A stretch of 63,469 nt of DNA, filler included, from Sanchytrium tribonematis (GCA_018985235.1; 7 parts of 7 records of this genome joined end to end with filler, not necessarily neighbours in it), one strand, 5' to 3'. Counted from the first letter of the whole stretch, positions 12,601-24,200 are shown. Made by a program: numbers and translations. The notes: a model not told the origin generated them from the sequence alone.

Positions 12601-15220
12601 TTGATTTTAAATGTGAGGCGTAAAACACTGAAGAAGCAGCTTCAAAAACGAGGGAATTCGCAGACCCGAATAGTGAATTTACAAAATGGAATTAAAAATC
12701 TCAACAAACTAATCAAAATTAACCTGATGAGACAGAAAGACAATCAATTCAACAAATATCTTGATAAATTAGCAGACGACGAATTATCTGGTTACTTTGA
12801 ATTTTGTAAGTTGCGTCGTAATTTTTCCAAATCCAACAGCAATCTCAAAGCTGATCTACATCAATCCATTGAATACCACAAATCTCACTTTGAGAATGAT
12901 CATGATTCAATCTGGCCAGATATTTCTTTTAATAACTCACCTCAGATTATAAGAATAGCCAATGATATATTTACAGTAGAAAATGTTACCCATGCCCTTC
13001 GCACTACTAATAGTAGAAAGATAAGTGGGGACATTATTCCATCAATAATTTACAAATATCTACCAGGGAGTGGCTTTGAGTATTTACAACAGCTATTTAT
13101 TAAATGCTATCTTGAGTGCCGAGTCCCGGATGATTGGAATGTCAGTAGTGTCGTTGAAATATTCAAATCAGGCAATTCAATTGATCCAGGCCGATACAGG
13201 CCAATTTCTTTAATCAGCATCTGCTACAAAATTTATCAACAGATGCTGTATTATCACATTTACAAAGACCAAATCTTCCCATCCCTACGTCAACATGGCT
13301 TTGTTGGCAAGAGATCTTGCTCCACTCAAATACATTCAGTTTTATCCAAAATGCAACATTATCGAGAATCTCATGGATCAGTGCATTGTTTGGCTCTTGA
13401 CCTTTCAACAGCATTTGATTGTATGAAGCATAATGACATTTACAATTATCTTTTACCCATTTTGAATCCTCATGACACTAACTCGTGATCAAGTACGTAG
13501 CTTTTTAAAAAGATATAGAAAAGTGGCAAATTTGCCGCCGAAAGTAAAGCTCTTTAAGGGTAAAATTCAGGGTCGAGAAATGCTTCAAATAAAAAAGAAT
13601 GTTCAAGAGTTTCCAAAATATCTATTAGAGACCGATTGAATGGGTTAAAAGCGAATTATTCACGTTCAACTCTGTGGCGATTTATGAAAGAAAATGGAAT
13701 TGTAAAACGTCAAAGACCGACTGGAATTGTTTTTAAAGAACATCATAAAGTTGCGCGATATAATTTTGGCAAACAAATGCTTGCTGCGATTGATGAGGAT
13801 CCAGAATTTCACCGACGAATCATTTTTAGTGACGAGAAAATGGTTCGTTTGGCTGAATTTGACAGTGTAAAGTACTATTATTCCAATGTGAAGCGATGCG
13901 ATGTATTTTTGGCTAGATCTCAGAAGCTTATGAAAGGGTGCATGTTTTGGGCCTGTTTCTCCTTTCAAGGTAAAGGTCCATTAGCAACCATTGATGGTCG
14001 AATGAATGCAGCAGATTATCAAAATTTATTGCAAAATCAACTTGTGCCCAAATTGGAGGCATCTAAAGGTATTTTTGATCCTATTTTCATGCATGATAAT
14101 GCTCCGATTCATCGTGCAAAGTCCACTTCTGATTGGCTCATTTCTAAAGGAATCAAGAAATTAGAGTGGCCAGCGTGCTCGCCAGATCTTAATCCAATTG
14201 AGGATGTCTGGGCGCTGATACATAATAAGCTTTCAAAAATAGAGTTTCCAGGGTCTATTGACGAATTGGAAAATATTTTTATCAAAGAGTGGCAAAACTT
14301 TCCAGAAGAGACTTTAAAAAAATTGGCGGACTCTTTTAAAGAGCGTATGGTCAAAGTTGTGAGAAATAACGGTGAACTGATCAATAAAACTTACGTCAAG
14401 TAATTTTATTTTCTGTGTCAAACGGATGAGACAGAGGATATCACTACCCAACAAAAGTTCACTCTTAGACGGGATCAGACCAATGCAGTTGTTTATATGC
14501 GACGAGGGACACCTCAAGGTGGTACTCTATCGCCTCTTTTGTTCTCATTTATTCTTGATAAAATTTTAGCCAATTTACCAGAATCAAATATATATAGCAT
14601 ACATGTGTATGCTGACGATATCGTCATTTTATCTCATGATATAAACATATTGACGAGTACTGGACGTCACATTACTAATCTTCTTACTGATCATGGCTTT
14701 AAAGTCAATCAATCCAAATTTCAGCTAATTTCAACAATTGACAATTCTCCCATTACCCTCGAAAATGAGATCCTAATACAGTCACAGGCAACATTGAAGT
14801 ATTTGGGCATATTTATTAAATGCTCTGGTATTGATTATAGCACGGATATAAAGAATAAAGTGACCAAAGCGAAATTTGCTATTTCAACAATCAAATGGAC
14901 TAAAAATCTTATACAAATTAGAAATTCATATAATAAGTTCTATATTGGCGTTATAATTCCTCTAATGTGCTATGGTATAGAGAATTATTTGTTAGATGGA
15001 CTAAATCAGTTAGAATTACATCGCACCAAAATTATTCGTAAATTACATTCAAACAAATTCCGTTATTATCAGATGCATTACAATTATCTATCCATTCACA
15101 ATAACTACAGAATTAAACGATCTTGATCATTATAGAGACGTGTGCAATGGAGATCTTCCCGTCTAACGATCAAGACGAACTATTTACGATGCCTTAATGA
15201 GTCATTCAAAACGTAAAATA
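9641..15220 (+). mobile_element. Degenerate non-LTR (LINE-like) retrotransposon: ORF1-like region, ubiquitin-like domain, APE endonuclease, reverse transcriptase split by a Tc1 insertion
   Basis: APE motifs SYNCRG, GDSN, FDQVW, SDHYPI; RT motifs YRPISL, QHGFV, DLSTAFD, then after the insert GTPQGGTLSP, YADD, KYLG; premature stops at 10464, 11236, 15124; boundaries approximate. Confidence 0.85.
13481..14440 (+). mobile_element. Tc1/mariner (DD34E) transposase inserted in the LINE RT, 5'-truncated and frameshifted
   Basis: IIFSDEK, FMHDNAPIH, SPDLNPIEDVW with 34 residues between second D and E; HTH-like TRDQVRSFLKRY readable from 13481. Confidence 0.9.
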
Positions 15221-15336
15221 TTTGAAGAATTGAAGTACTTACGTGATTGCACGTTTACTCAATTTAGTCACAGACACTAATTTTGTGAATTGTATGGAGA
15301 TGTGACCTATTATAACTGTTATCTCGCCACAATTCT

Positions 15337-16175
15337 TTAATAAATTCTATTATTATTATTATTAATCCTGTCAATTTCATCAATGTTGGAAATCATCATT
15401 CCTAATATAAGAACTAAATTACCACCAAATAGAGTATTAATGTGATTTAACCCCAATTCTCTATCCATTTCCTCTGTTGATTCAGTCATTGTTGCTGGTA
15501 GATTGGGAGAAATTGGCAAAAATTCAATTGGTGGTAATGGCAAATTGTTTGTGATATTGATGAACTGTTGTCTCTGTAGACCCATTTTATCAAATAATGT
15601 AGTATTAGCAGCCTTTAAAATGGCATTGCTATCTTCATTTATCAATATTTGTTGAATATTTAAAACTTTTGTTGCTTCCGGAAGACAATCAGATCTAATC
15701 CATGCCCGCGTTATCATATTAGAATCAATAGAATCCCAGCTCATGTAAATAAATTTGGCTAATTCAAATGTTGATGGAGATGAGCATTGGATAGAATCAA
15801 ACAATGCGTTTTTCAATAATTCATTTTCATTTGTAGTAATAATTTCACCAAAATTCCTAGATTATTTACACTTTTAATAAGCAATAAAAGGGCTTTCTCA
15901 AGTTTGCAATACATTGGTGTTCTTTGGTGACCAGCAAATCCACTTAAACGAATGTCAGATGGCAATAAATGCTTTTCAATTCTAGTTTTGGGATTGGATT
16001 TGACAGTTAAAACCCCAATTTTTTTGAATGTACTTAAAGGAATGGCCAATACCTCTGCATAATATGCGTAATTGGTGTTTATTTTACATGCGTATATCAG
16101 AAAATAAGCAATCTTCATTTTTAATGCATCAGGATAATTTCTGTATTGATTTAATACGCTGTAATTTCTTCTCAA
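15337..16175 (-). mobile_element. Internally deleted pogo/Tigger (CENP-B-like) transposase relic
   Basis: HQRTPMYCKLEKALLLLIK resembles the CENP-B HTH; IYMSWDSIDSNMITRAW resembles the DDE_1 C-terminus; catalytic core absent. Confidence 0.6.
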
Positions 16176-16260
16176 GAGTATATTGTATTCAACAAGTCTT
16201 TGATTACATTGGATGCTATTAATGTTGAATACTTTATTGTGAATATGGGTGTGGCGAGGA

Positions 16261-17728
16261 CTATTGATTGTAATAGAGAGGGAATTCTGTATTGTACAGG
16301 GGTGTTTTAAAAAATAATTTATTCAAGGTTCCTGGTTCCGTGGATTTATGGGATGGGTTCAAGTTCCCAGGAACTGGAACCAGTTCCGCTAAAGTCGGTT
16401 CCGCTAAACCATTTTCACGTGTACATATATCATCTGCATAGCAGAGTATCCAAGTCCCATCTACGCAAAAATTGTAAATTGCAACAAGGCAAAAACAGAA
16501 TAATGTTGGAGAAATGGGGCAGCCCTGTGGTATGCCACTAGTAGTAATCACAGGACTTGCATGAAATTTATTGCTTTTAGGCTTTCTTAATTTTTGTTTG
16601 ATAGGTTTATCGTTACTAGAGATGTCTCGCTCATTTGATTTGCGTCTTCGGAATTTCCATGAAGCATCTCCTTGGGGTGTTTCATTTGATTGCATGCTTC
16701 ACAGCAGTGGTGCAACCTTTCTGTAATTAGAACAATTTCTTAAAACTTTTCAGTAACAAAACGAATCTGGCCCTGAATCCCATATTAACAAGATTATAAT
16801 AATGCTCTGATTCTTTAAAATCAGGACCAAAGTTCATGTCTTCAGCACTTTCCATGACCGGATTAAATTTTTCATCATCCGTGTCACTTGTACGTGAATT
16901 GAACTTGTCAATTTTATCTTTGAAAGCTAGTATAGCATCCAAGCTATTCAAATGAATCTTAGATTTTATTTTACTTCGAGCAGCAGATACGCAATATCCA
17001 TCTACCCAGACTAATCCCTGAGGGACTTCATTCTGTCATAAAAGTGCTCAAATTGTTCACCAGGTTTTTGGCGACCAGCTTCCCATTCCTTGAACATAGA
17101 GTCTAAAACACCCTTCGGTCTGTAAAGACGAATAACCTTCTTGTTCAATTTTTCATAAGGTACCTTTAAACCTTCTCTCGATGTGCTTGAATGCATGCTC
17201 AGGCATCAGTCTAATCATGACTAATTTCCTATACTTCTTATCCAAATTACACAAACTCCAATTTTCTGCACCAAGGGTCAATATCATTTCTTGGATGATA
17301 CTTATCTAAACTATTCTAAACTTCTTTTATCCAAGTCAGGACTCCTAATTCAGATTGCACAGGTGGTGGTGCAGTGTTATAGGTTAGACTGTTAGTCATT
17401 GATCCTCTTCTTGGCTGACTATAGTCACTTGAATCTCGTCGTGAGGGATTCGAACTGTTATCGTCATCTGATCCATTACTTTGTAGATCAGGGTCATCTC
17501 TGATAGTCGGACTTAGTTCTTTTGACTCTAAGTATCTTTCATTTAAGGCATTTTCTTCTGAATTGTGCATGCTTTCAGACTCAATTGCTTGCTCAAAGGG
17601 TGGTCTTAACGCAAGTCTTGGAGTTTCCGCAGGATCCCACGCTGATCCATTCTTTTCGCCACATTTGAGGAACGGCCTTCGACCTCTCCTGTTGGTGGAT
17701 TTATTTTCGAAGCAGGACTTTTTTCCAT
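16261..17728 (-). mobile_element. Fragmented retroelement: gag-like ORF pieces, degenerate CCHC knuckle, LINE-type RT fragment
   Basis: EWEAGRQKPGEQFEHFYDRMKSL (gag-like), CEACNQMKH, GIPQGCPISP...YADD; many stops and frameshifts. Confidence 0.65.
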
Positions 17729-18222
17729 TTTATTTTTAGTGTTTTTAATATTTTTTCGTGTTTAACTGATTTTTTGCCTGCAGAATCCTTTTAATTCAAG
17801 ACACCTTTTTCTTGATTTGTGTAAATATAGTCGAAAATTGATCAAAGCCTCATTGATTGACTTCATGAATTAAAAAATATTTTTTTAGACTAATGTACAC
17901 TCCGTTACTTAAGAATTTCAATTCTGCATAGTCTACCGCTTTCTCAATAATTAAATTGTCTAAATTTGTAAAAAAATTCTTCATGATATTCTTACTCATA
18001 TTCCTATTTTTTAATATTTATTAGAGACTTCAAACAAGGGGCTCTAATGAATAGGGGAAAGTTAGCCAGAAAAAATATTTCACTTTTTTTTAATAAAATT
18101 TCATGTTCTATTTTACTAGCTTNNNNNNNNNNNNNNNNNNNNNNNNNNNNNNNNNNNNNNNNNNNNTTAATTAATTAANNNNNNNNNNNNNNNNNNNNNN
18201 NNNNNNNNNNNNNNNNNNNNNN

Positions 18223-19569
18223 ATCAATTGTCAAAAATTCTACCTTTTTAGTAAGGTCTGCCAATGAATTGGCATATTTAGTAAATAAAATTTGAGATGA
18301 TTCGAATGTCTCTTTTGTGTCATTAGACTGCGAAGTCATATTTGCCAATTCTGAAGCAAAAGTTTTTGAGGAATTATGCATTTCTGCTATCGAATTCTCC
18401 ATTTTTGTAAGATTCTCCCCCGTGCTTTTAAAGTTATTCTCAAGGCTACATAATCGTTTGTCTAAAGATTTTGTTTTGCTTTCTATAAGATTTACCAGTT
18501 CTTCTACCTTTGAGTCCAGGGCTTCAACTTTGTTAGATAATGCCATATTTTCTTCAAGAAGAAACTTTTGCTGAGCCTCATGATCATCAATCCTGCCTTC
18601 TGCTTTAAAAACAGTCTCCCAAATATCTGTAATCTTCGAGGCGTGACCGCTAATAGTTCCTTTGTTAGTTTCAATCAATTTTGCATTTGCTTCGATATTC
18701 TCATTCAATTTTATATCATCATTAGAAAGCAGCTTGATACTTCCTTGATTTTTTTGAATTTTTGAATTTAAATCCGCATTATCTTTTATAAAAGTTTGCT
18801 GCTTTCCACGTAAATTCAGAATCGTTTGTTCTACGTCAACAATTTTATTCAGCAGAGACTTAGTAGCTATAATATTTGCTTCCTCGTGCAATTTTAATTT
18901 GTTGGTAATTTCTGTTATTTTTTTCTCGTATATATCTCGCTCTTTCTCCAACTGTTCATTCAAAATTTCAATTTCTCGCTCCAAAATCTGATTTGTCGTT
19001 TGTATGGTATCATTCTCTTTCATGATCTGAAATAATTCTTTTTTGGAATCGTTAATATGTGATTTAATTTCTTCGCTTTGCTCCAAGATTTCTTTTCGTG
19101 ATATTCTAGATGCTTTGATAATCTTTTCAATTTCTAGATCTCTGTTACTAATTTGCTGCTCTAGAGAAGAGATTTTGTTTAGAACATTTGTATACTCTGA
19201 TTCTTGGCTATCTAAAAAGACCAACTTTGAAAAAAAACTGCGAATAACCATGAAAAACGAAAGAATACTATTCATGGTAAAGGGTTGATAGACCTGAACA
19301 ATAGGAGATCGTTGTGGAGATTTAGATGGCGATGTTGATGCTTCGTTTGTCTCAATTTCACTTATTTTCGAGGATGGTTTTATTAGGACATCCGGAGCTA
19401 TAACATGTCGCTCATTTTGATCTGGAGTTGGAACCAGTCTTAAGATATCACTGTCATCTTTAAAAGGATTTCGTTTCAATTGAGTACTCGCCTTATTGGC
19501 AGCATTTGCAGATTTTAAATTTGCAGTTTGCATGTGACAGAGGAGAATGTCGTTGCCTGAAGAAATCAA
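18223..19569 (-). CDS. Long coiled-coil protein, 3'-partial at contig edge
   Basis: Open 450+ codon ORF rich in E/K/L/N heptads; first ATG at 19533. Confidence 0.6.
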
Positions 19570-20266
19570 CCAAATGATTCTACGATGGCTACCTTTTCAC
19601 TTGCAAATAGATTTGGAAAATGCGGCTTATGCAGATGATAGCAGAAATCGCTGCCAGCTCAAATTTTTTTGCACAGAAACAATTGATTTTCTTACCTTTG
19701 AGTTTAGTTTGTCATTTTACAAGAGAAAGTACATAATTGAATACAAAAATTATTATGATGATCAATTAGTTCTCGAAAATACTTGGACAAAAGTAAGCAA
19801 AGAGAGTTGTATCGAGTTTTTTAATCAGCAAGATTTCAAAAACTTCCAAGGCCAATTCTTGTTAAAAGCCGAAGATTCTACATTGGTATTCAGCAGTCGA
19901 AATATCTTACACGGTCTTAATTTCTTTCACTCTTTGGAATATTTGGGACTGCGTGGAGGATGCTGGAAGCTTTGCAAGTTTCTGAACAAAACCTCTTTTG
20001 CGAGCATGCAAAAGCGGGCTTCATTTTCAAATTACCTTGCAATTAATTACAATCACTCCACATATTTTGTTGGTATATGTCACACTAATGGTTTCTGTAG
20101 AGAATTGGCAATCTCCAAGTATGAAAATTTAGCCTTTTTAGTATTTGATTTCTTTTTAGACAAAATTGTCGAGGTTTTCATAGAAAATGAGATTCAAATA
20201 GATATCAATTCTATCAACGAGGCGTCGTTGACATCCAGAAAAGAGGCTGTAATATTTTATTTATAA
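19547..20266 (+). CDS. Hypothetical protein with N-terminal F-box-like motif
   Basis: MSLPEEINQMILRWLP matches the F-box LPxEI...I..L pattern. Confidence 0.5.
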   Translation: MSLPEEINQMILRWLPFHLQIDLENAAYADDSRNRCQLKFFCTETIDFLTFEFSLSFYKRKYIIEYKNYYDDQLVLENTWTKVSKESCIEFFNQQDFKNFQGQFLLKAEDSTLVFSSRNILHGLNFFHSLEYLGLRGGCWKLCKFLNKTSFASMQKRASFSNYLAINYNHSTYFVGICHTNGFCRELAISKYENLAFLVFDFFLDKIVEVFIENEIQIDINSINEASLTSRKEAVIFYL

Positions 20267-20273
20267 CACCACT

Positions 20274-21543
20274 CTATGGTTTATTGGCAGAATTATTTGT
20301 AGCTGAAGTCAAAGGGCTTAGCAAAGACTCTGCTGAATGCAATGATTTATGAGGAGATACCAAATTTTGGAGTGATTTTGTCAAACCACAAAATCTAGGC
20401 AATTTATCAGCGCAATCCATGTGAGCATAACATCCACACTCGTCACATCTTAAATGCTTAAATGATATATGCTTTTCACAATGCTCACATTTCTTGGAAA
20501 TGTTTGCTGTTCTATGTATTGTAAATCTATGAGGAATATTATGCGAAATTGCAGTAGCCATATTGATTCGTTGAATGCTTGGATATGACGATTCGGAAAA
20601 TACGTCAGAGTGTATCAAAGTAAGATTTAGCTGTTTGTCTTCCATGGTTACTGCAGTTTCTATATCTAATGAATCTAAATTTGTTTTTGCAATAAATATG
20701 GTTCCGACATTTTTACTTGTTGCAAGCGACATTTCAACTAGTTTGAGACCTTGTTGTATGCCCTTCATATTAATTCTGCTTTTCGTATCAGTATCTATAC
20801 ATTGCAATACTAAATCTACATATGCTGGTGGTGAGATCTCTGTTTCATATTGCCTAATCTCTTTTTCGTCAAAACCAAAACCAGGAATAACTCTTTTCAT
20901 AAAAGACAGTCCATCAGATATTTTCCAAGCCAAAAGTTCCACTAATATCACCCCAAAAGAAAAAATATCGGCTTTTTCATCAAAATCCATTCCCAACATG
21001 ATCTCTGGGCTCATATAACAATCTGTACCGCAGTAAGAAAGTCGTTTTTTCTCTTCTAAATTCTTAGGAAGCGCTCTAGATAAGCCAAAATCACAGACCT
21101 ATATAAAATTAAAATACCTTTATCCTAAGATTTTCAGTCAATAACAGATTCTCAGGCTTTAAATCTCTATGGATAATATTTTGCTTATGAAGATAGTATA
21201 TTGCTCTTGAGGAATCAATGGCAAAACTTATTCTAGTATGCCAGTCAACATTACTGTTGTCTTTAATGTACGTTGCCAAGTTCCCACCACTTAAGAATTC
21301 TGTTACAATAAAAGTATTTTCATTTTTTGTATAGATCCCTAAAAATTGTATTATATTTGGATGCCTCATAGTTTGAAGTAATCCAACTTCCCGCTCAAGG
21401 TACTTTTTAAAATCCATACCTTCTAGTTTAAAGCATTCTTTTACCGCTACAGTTGTTCCAAGGTAATCAGATTTGAAGACTCTTCCAAATTGTCCAGATC
21501 CAATTTCCTCTATTATTTCAAAATCTTCTTCATTCAATGACAT
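20274..21543 (-). CDS. TKL-group (LIMK/TESK-like) protein kinase with C-terminal C1 domain; two exons (intron 21099-21117)
   Basis: GSGQFG, VAVK, HRDLKPEN; removing a 19-nt intron gives RIK-VCDFGLSR...YCGTDCYMSPE; C1 motif HRF...CEHC...CDEC...HMDC. Confidence 0.85.
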
Positions 21544-21600
21544 ACTTGCGATGGGTAATTGGAAGTACGCGGTTTTTTATATAGATTTTTATTAGGCCAA

Positions 21601-21828
21601 ATGGATAATATTTATGACATAATAATGCCAATTACATATGACTTAATCAAAGCAGCTTATGATAAGATTAGTTTGGAAAAATATTATGAAATGGAAAGAA
21701 AGTTGGTGATAAAATATTTTTTACAGAAGATTGAAGAAGTGGCAAAAACCCGCACAATTTTAGTGAAGAAACCTGCAGCGATTACATTTCCAAAGTTTAT
21801 AAATATTCCGCCGAGCTATCTAGACTAA
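21601..21828 (+). CDS. Small hypothetical protein
   Basis: Short ATG-initiated ORF filling the intergenic space; no recognisable motif. Confidence 0.3.
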   Translation: MDNIYDIIMPITYDLIKAAYDKISLEKYYEMERKLVIKYFLQKIEEVAKTRTILVKKPAAITFPKFINIPPSYLD

Positions 21829-21846
21829 ATTATTTAAAGATAATAA

Positions 21847-22686
21847 ATGGATAGAATATTTGAGAGACATTTTTTAAATCTATTTCTCCTTATTGTTGTG
21901 AGTAAGATGACGCTCTCACTACCTTCTTTCAAGAATATTCACAAAGGTAGCCATGGAAGAATTGCCATTATTGGAGGCAGTCGTCATTACACAGGAGCAC
22001 CATTCTTTTCCGGAATCGCATCGTTAAAGACTGGAGCGGATTTATGTTCCATCTTAACCCATCGCGAAGCTATGACTCCAATTAAGTCTTATTCTCCCGA
22101 CTTGATGGTTTCTGACGTCACGGATGCTGAACACAGAGACAGAGTATTACTTAAAGCACATGCTGTTGTGCTAGGCCCTGGACTATCGAGGGACAACTCG
22201 TTTGAGGTAATCTTGGACAGCATAAAACCTACTGATACACCGGTGATAATTGATGCAGATGGGATATTTTTTTATAAGCCTGGATTGTTCAAAAATGTCG
22301 TTTTGACTCCGAATGTTAATGAATATAAACAACTAGTTAAGAGAAACTCATCAGCCGTCGATTTAGCCCGAGAGCTGAGAGCCACCATATTACTTAAAGG
22401 GGAAAATGATCAAGTGATTACTAAAGACGGTATCACCACAATTGAAGCCGAGAGTGCTCCTCGACGATGTGGCGGACAAGGAGATTTACTAACTGGTATT
22501 TTGGCCACTCTTTGTGCCTGGAATCCAAATAATATAGTAGAATGTTGCGAATTTGCGAGCAAAATTTTGAGAAAAGCTGCCAATTTAGCTTACGAAAATA
22601 GCAGTGGTAGAAGTCTTATATCCAGTGATATTGTGAACTATATAGGTCAAGCTTTTGAAATTATTTTTCCCGAGGACCAAATATGA
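21847..22686 (+). CDS. NAXD: ATP-dependent NAD(P)HX dehydratase (YjeF C / carbohydrate kinase family)
   Basis: HKGSHGRIAIIGGSRHYTGAPFF, LGPGLSR, IIDADG, LTPNVNE, RRCGGQGDLLTG; start may be ATG 21907. Confidence 0.9.
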   Translation: MDRIFERHFLNLFLLIVVSKMTLSLPSFKNIHKGSHGRIAIIGGSRHYTGAPFFSGIASLKTGADLCSILTHREAMTPIKSYSPDLMVSDVTDAEHRDRVLLKAHAVVLGPGLSRDNSFEVILDSIKPTDTPVIIDADGIFFYKPGLFKNVVLTPNVNEYKQLVKRNSSAVDLARELRATILLKGENDQVITKDGITTIEAESAPRRCGGQGDLLTGILATLCAWNPNNIVECCEFASKILRKAANLAYENSSGRSLISSDIVNYIGQAFEIIFPEDQI

Positions 22687-23464
22687 TTCCTATATTGCGC
22701 TAGAAGTCATGATACCAAAATCGACGTCAATAAATTTGAAACAACCTCTCATGTCTGATCAGAATTTTGATAAACTTGAAAAAGAAATGGGTGAAGATTT
22801 CTTAAAAGATCAAGATGAGGTTGAGAAGACATCAAAAGAGATAATTGATGAAAAGGATGTACCAGAATCTGTGAAAAAAGGCGAAAACCAACAAGTGGAA
22901 GAGTCTAAAGATGGCAATGCCGAAAGCCAAGTGGAACAAGATCAAAATAAAAAATCTGATCAGGAGGAAAACAATAAAGGGGCTGCAGATGCTGAAAATC
23001 AAGACGGGAATCAGAAAATTGGAGTAGATGACGATTCCAAATCGCAACTGGCAGAAAATAATAATCTGAAAGTCAATGAGGCAGATCCAAAAAATAGCGG
23101 TGAAGATTTATCGCTGGATGATCCTGTAGAAAGTCCAAATGATGGAAGTCCAGAAGATAATTCAGGAGACCCAAAAGACGCCGATGACGGTCAGCCGGAA
23201 AACCCAAATGATGGCTTGGTCTTGGACGACCCTGTCATCGAGAGTTTAGAAAATAAGGAAAATTCCAATGACAAAGTTCCAATTCAAGTCGACTCTGCCC
23301 CACAACGAGGATACCCCCCAATGCTAGCACCAAGCCCATTTACTGATTCTGTATCATATGCACCTATTGCCTGTGCTGCTTTGGTGACGTTGGTGCTATT
23401 GTATTTCATTTTTAAACCAAAACAAAAATACTCTCGTGTCAGTCAAAATAATAAATCCATCTAA
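22655..23464 (+). CDS. Acidic low-complexity single-pass membrane protein with YxxV tail
   Basis: D/E/N-rich region, C-terminal TM, cytosolic KYSRV. Confidence 0.55.
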   Translation: MKLFFPRTKYDSYIALEVMIPKSTSINLKQPLMSDQNFDKLEKEMGEDFLKDQDEVEKTSKEIIDEKDVPESVKKGENQQVEESKDGNAESQVEQDQNKKSDQEENNKGAADAENQDGNQKIGVDDDSKSQLAENNNLKVNEADPKNSGEDLSLDDPVESPNDGSPEDNSGDPKDADDGQPENPNDGLVLDDPVIESLENKENSNDKVPIQVDSAPQRGYPPMLAPSPFTDSVSYAPIACAALVTLVLLYFIFKPKQKYSRVSQNNKSI

Positions 23465-23469
23465 TTGAA

Positions 23470-24096
23470 TTATTCCTGCGAATCTGGAATTATGTCTTGA
23501 TTATCGGGAATCATTGCAAACGTCTCTAATTTAAAAGCAGAATTTTCGACGGTTCTTACAGGAATTGCCAAGCTGGGAAGCTCAAACCTAATTTCTCGAT
23601 TCTCTGCAGGAACCCAGTCATCCAATTCAGAGCAAGGATACCTTCCATCAGTATGTGCGACTATGTAGAATGATCGCTTTCCTTCAAGATACTCTTTCTC
23701 TGATAGTTCGACAGCTTCACCGATAGCTGCATCTATTGAATATAATTTAATGAAAATACCACGACATTGGTGCCAAAATTCATCCTCGGATACTCTCCCA
23801 TCATAGTTGAATATTCTGACAGAATGTTTTTCAAAAGGCTTGTTGTCCTGTATAAGAATTACACTAATTTCTTCCACGTCATCGAAATTAATTCCAATTA
23901 GCATTTCGCCAATATATTTTTTCAAGCTTTCCAATTTTGGGATGGCTATGTGGGTGTTATGAGCCAATTCTCTACTAAATGAATGATAGGGATACACTTT
24001 TCTAAGATGTAATATATTGTAAATCCATTTTTCTAAAAATTGCTGCAATATTGTCATCATCTCCCCAATGTTTCGTTGATCATCTTGCTGCAACAC
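23470..24096 (-). CDS. REV7: HORMA-domain protein, REV7/MAD2L2-like
   Basis: FLEKWIYNILHLRKVYPYHSF...LKKYI...PFEKHS, matching the Rev7 pattern. Confidence 0.7.
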   Translation of the reverse strand: MLQQDDQRNIGEMMTILQQFLEKWIYNILHLRKVYPYHSFSRELAHNTHIAIPKLESLKKYIGEMLIGINFDDVEEISVILIQDNKPFEKHSVRIFNYDGRVSEDEFWHQCRGIFIKLYSIDAAIGEAVELSEKEYLEGKRSFYIVAHTDGRYPCSELDDWVPAENREIRFELPSLAIPVRTVENSAFKLETFAMIPDNQDIIPDSQE

Positions 24097-24200
24097 TTTA
24101 CAGAGTTTCTTGAGTAAGACGCGCTTTCGAATTTTTCCAAATTAAAGAACTACTAGAAATTGGGACTTGAAACTTCATTTAGTCGATATCAAAAATTTGA

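Noticed and set aside
11254..15126. Bacterial retron, group II intron, DGR or IS630-associated defence system
   Set aside because: The context is eukaryotic, the RT is preceded by an APE endonuclease typical of non-LTR elements, and no template repeat or intron RNA structure is visible.
15323..16258. Terminal inverted repeats of the pogo relic (CTCGCCACA / TGTGGCGAG)
   Set aside because: Only a 9-bp match with no convincing extension or TA duplication.
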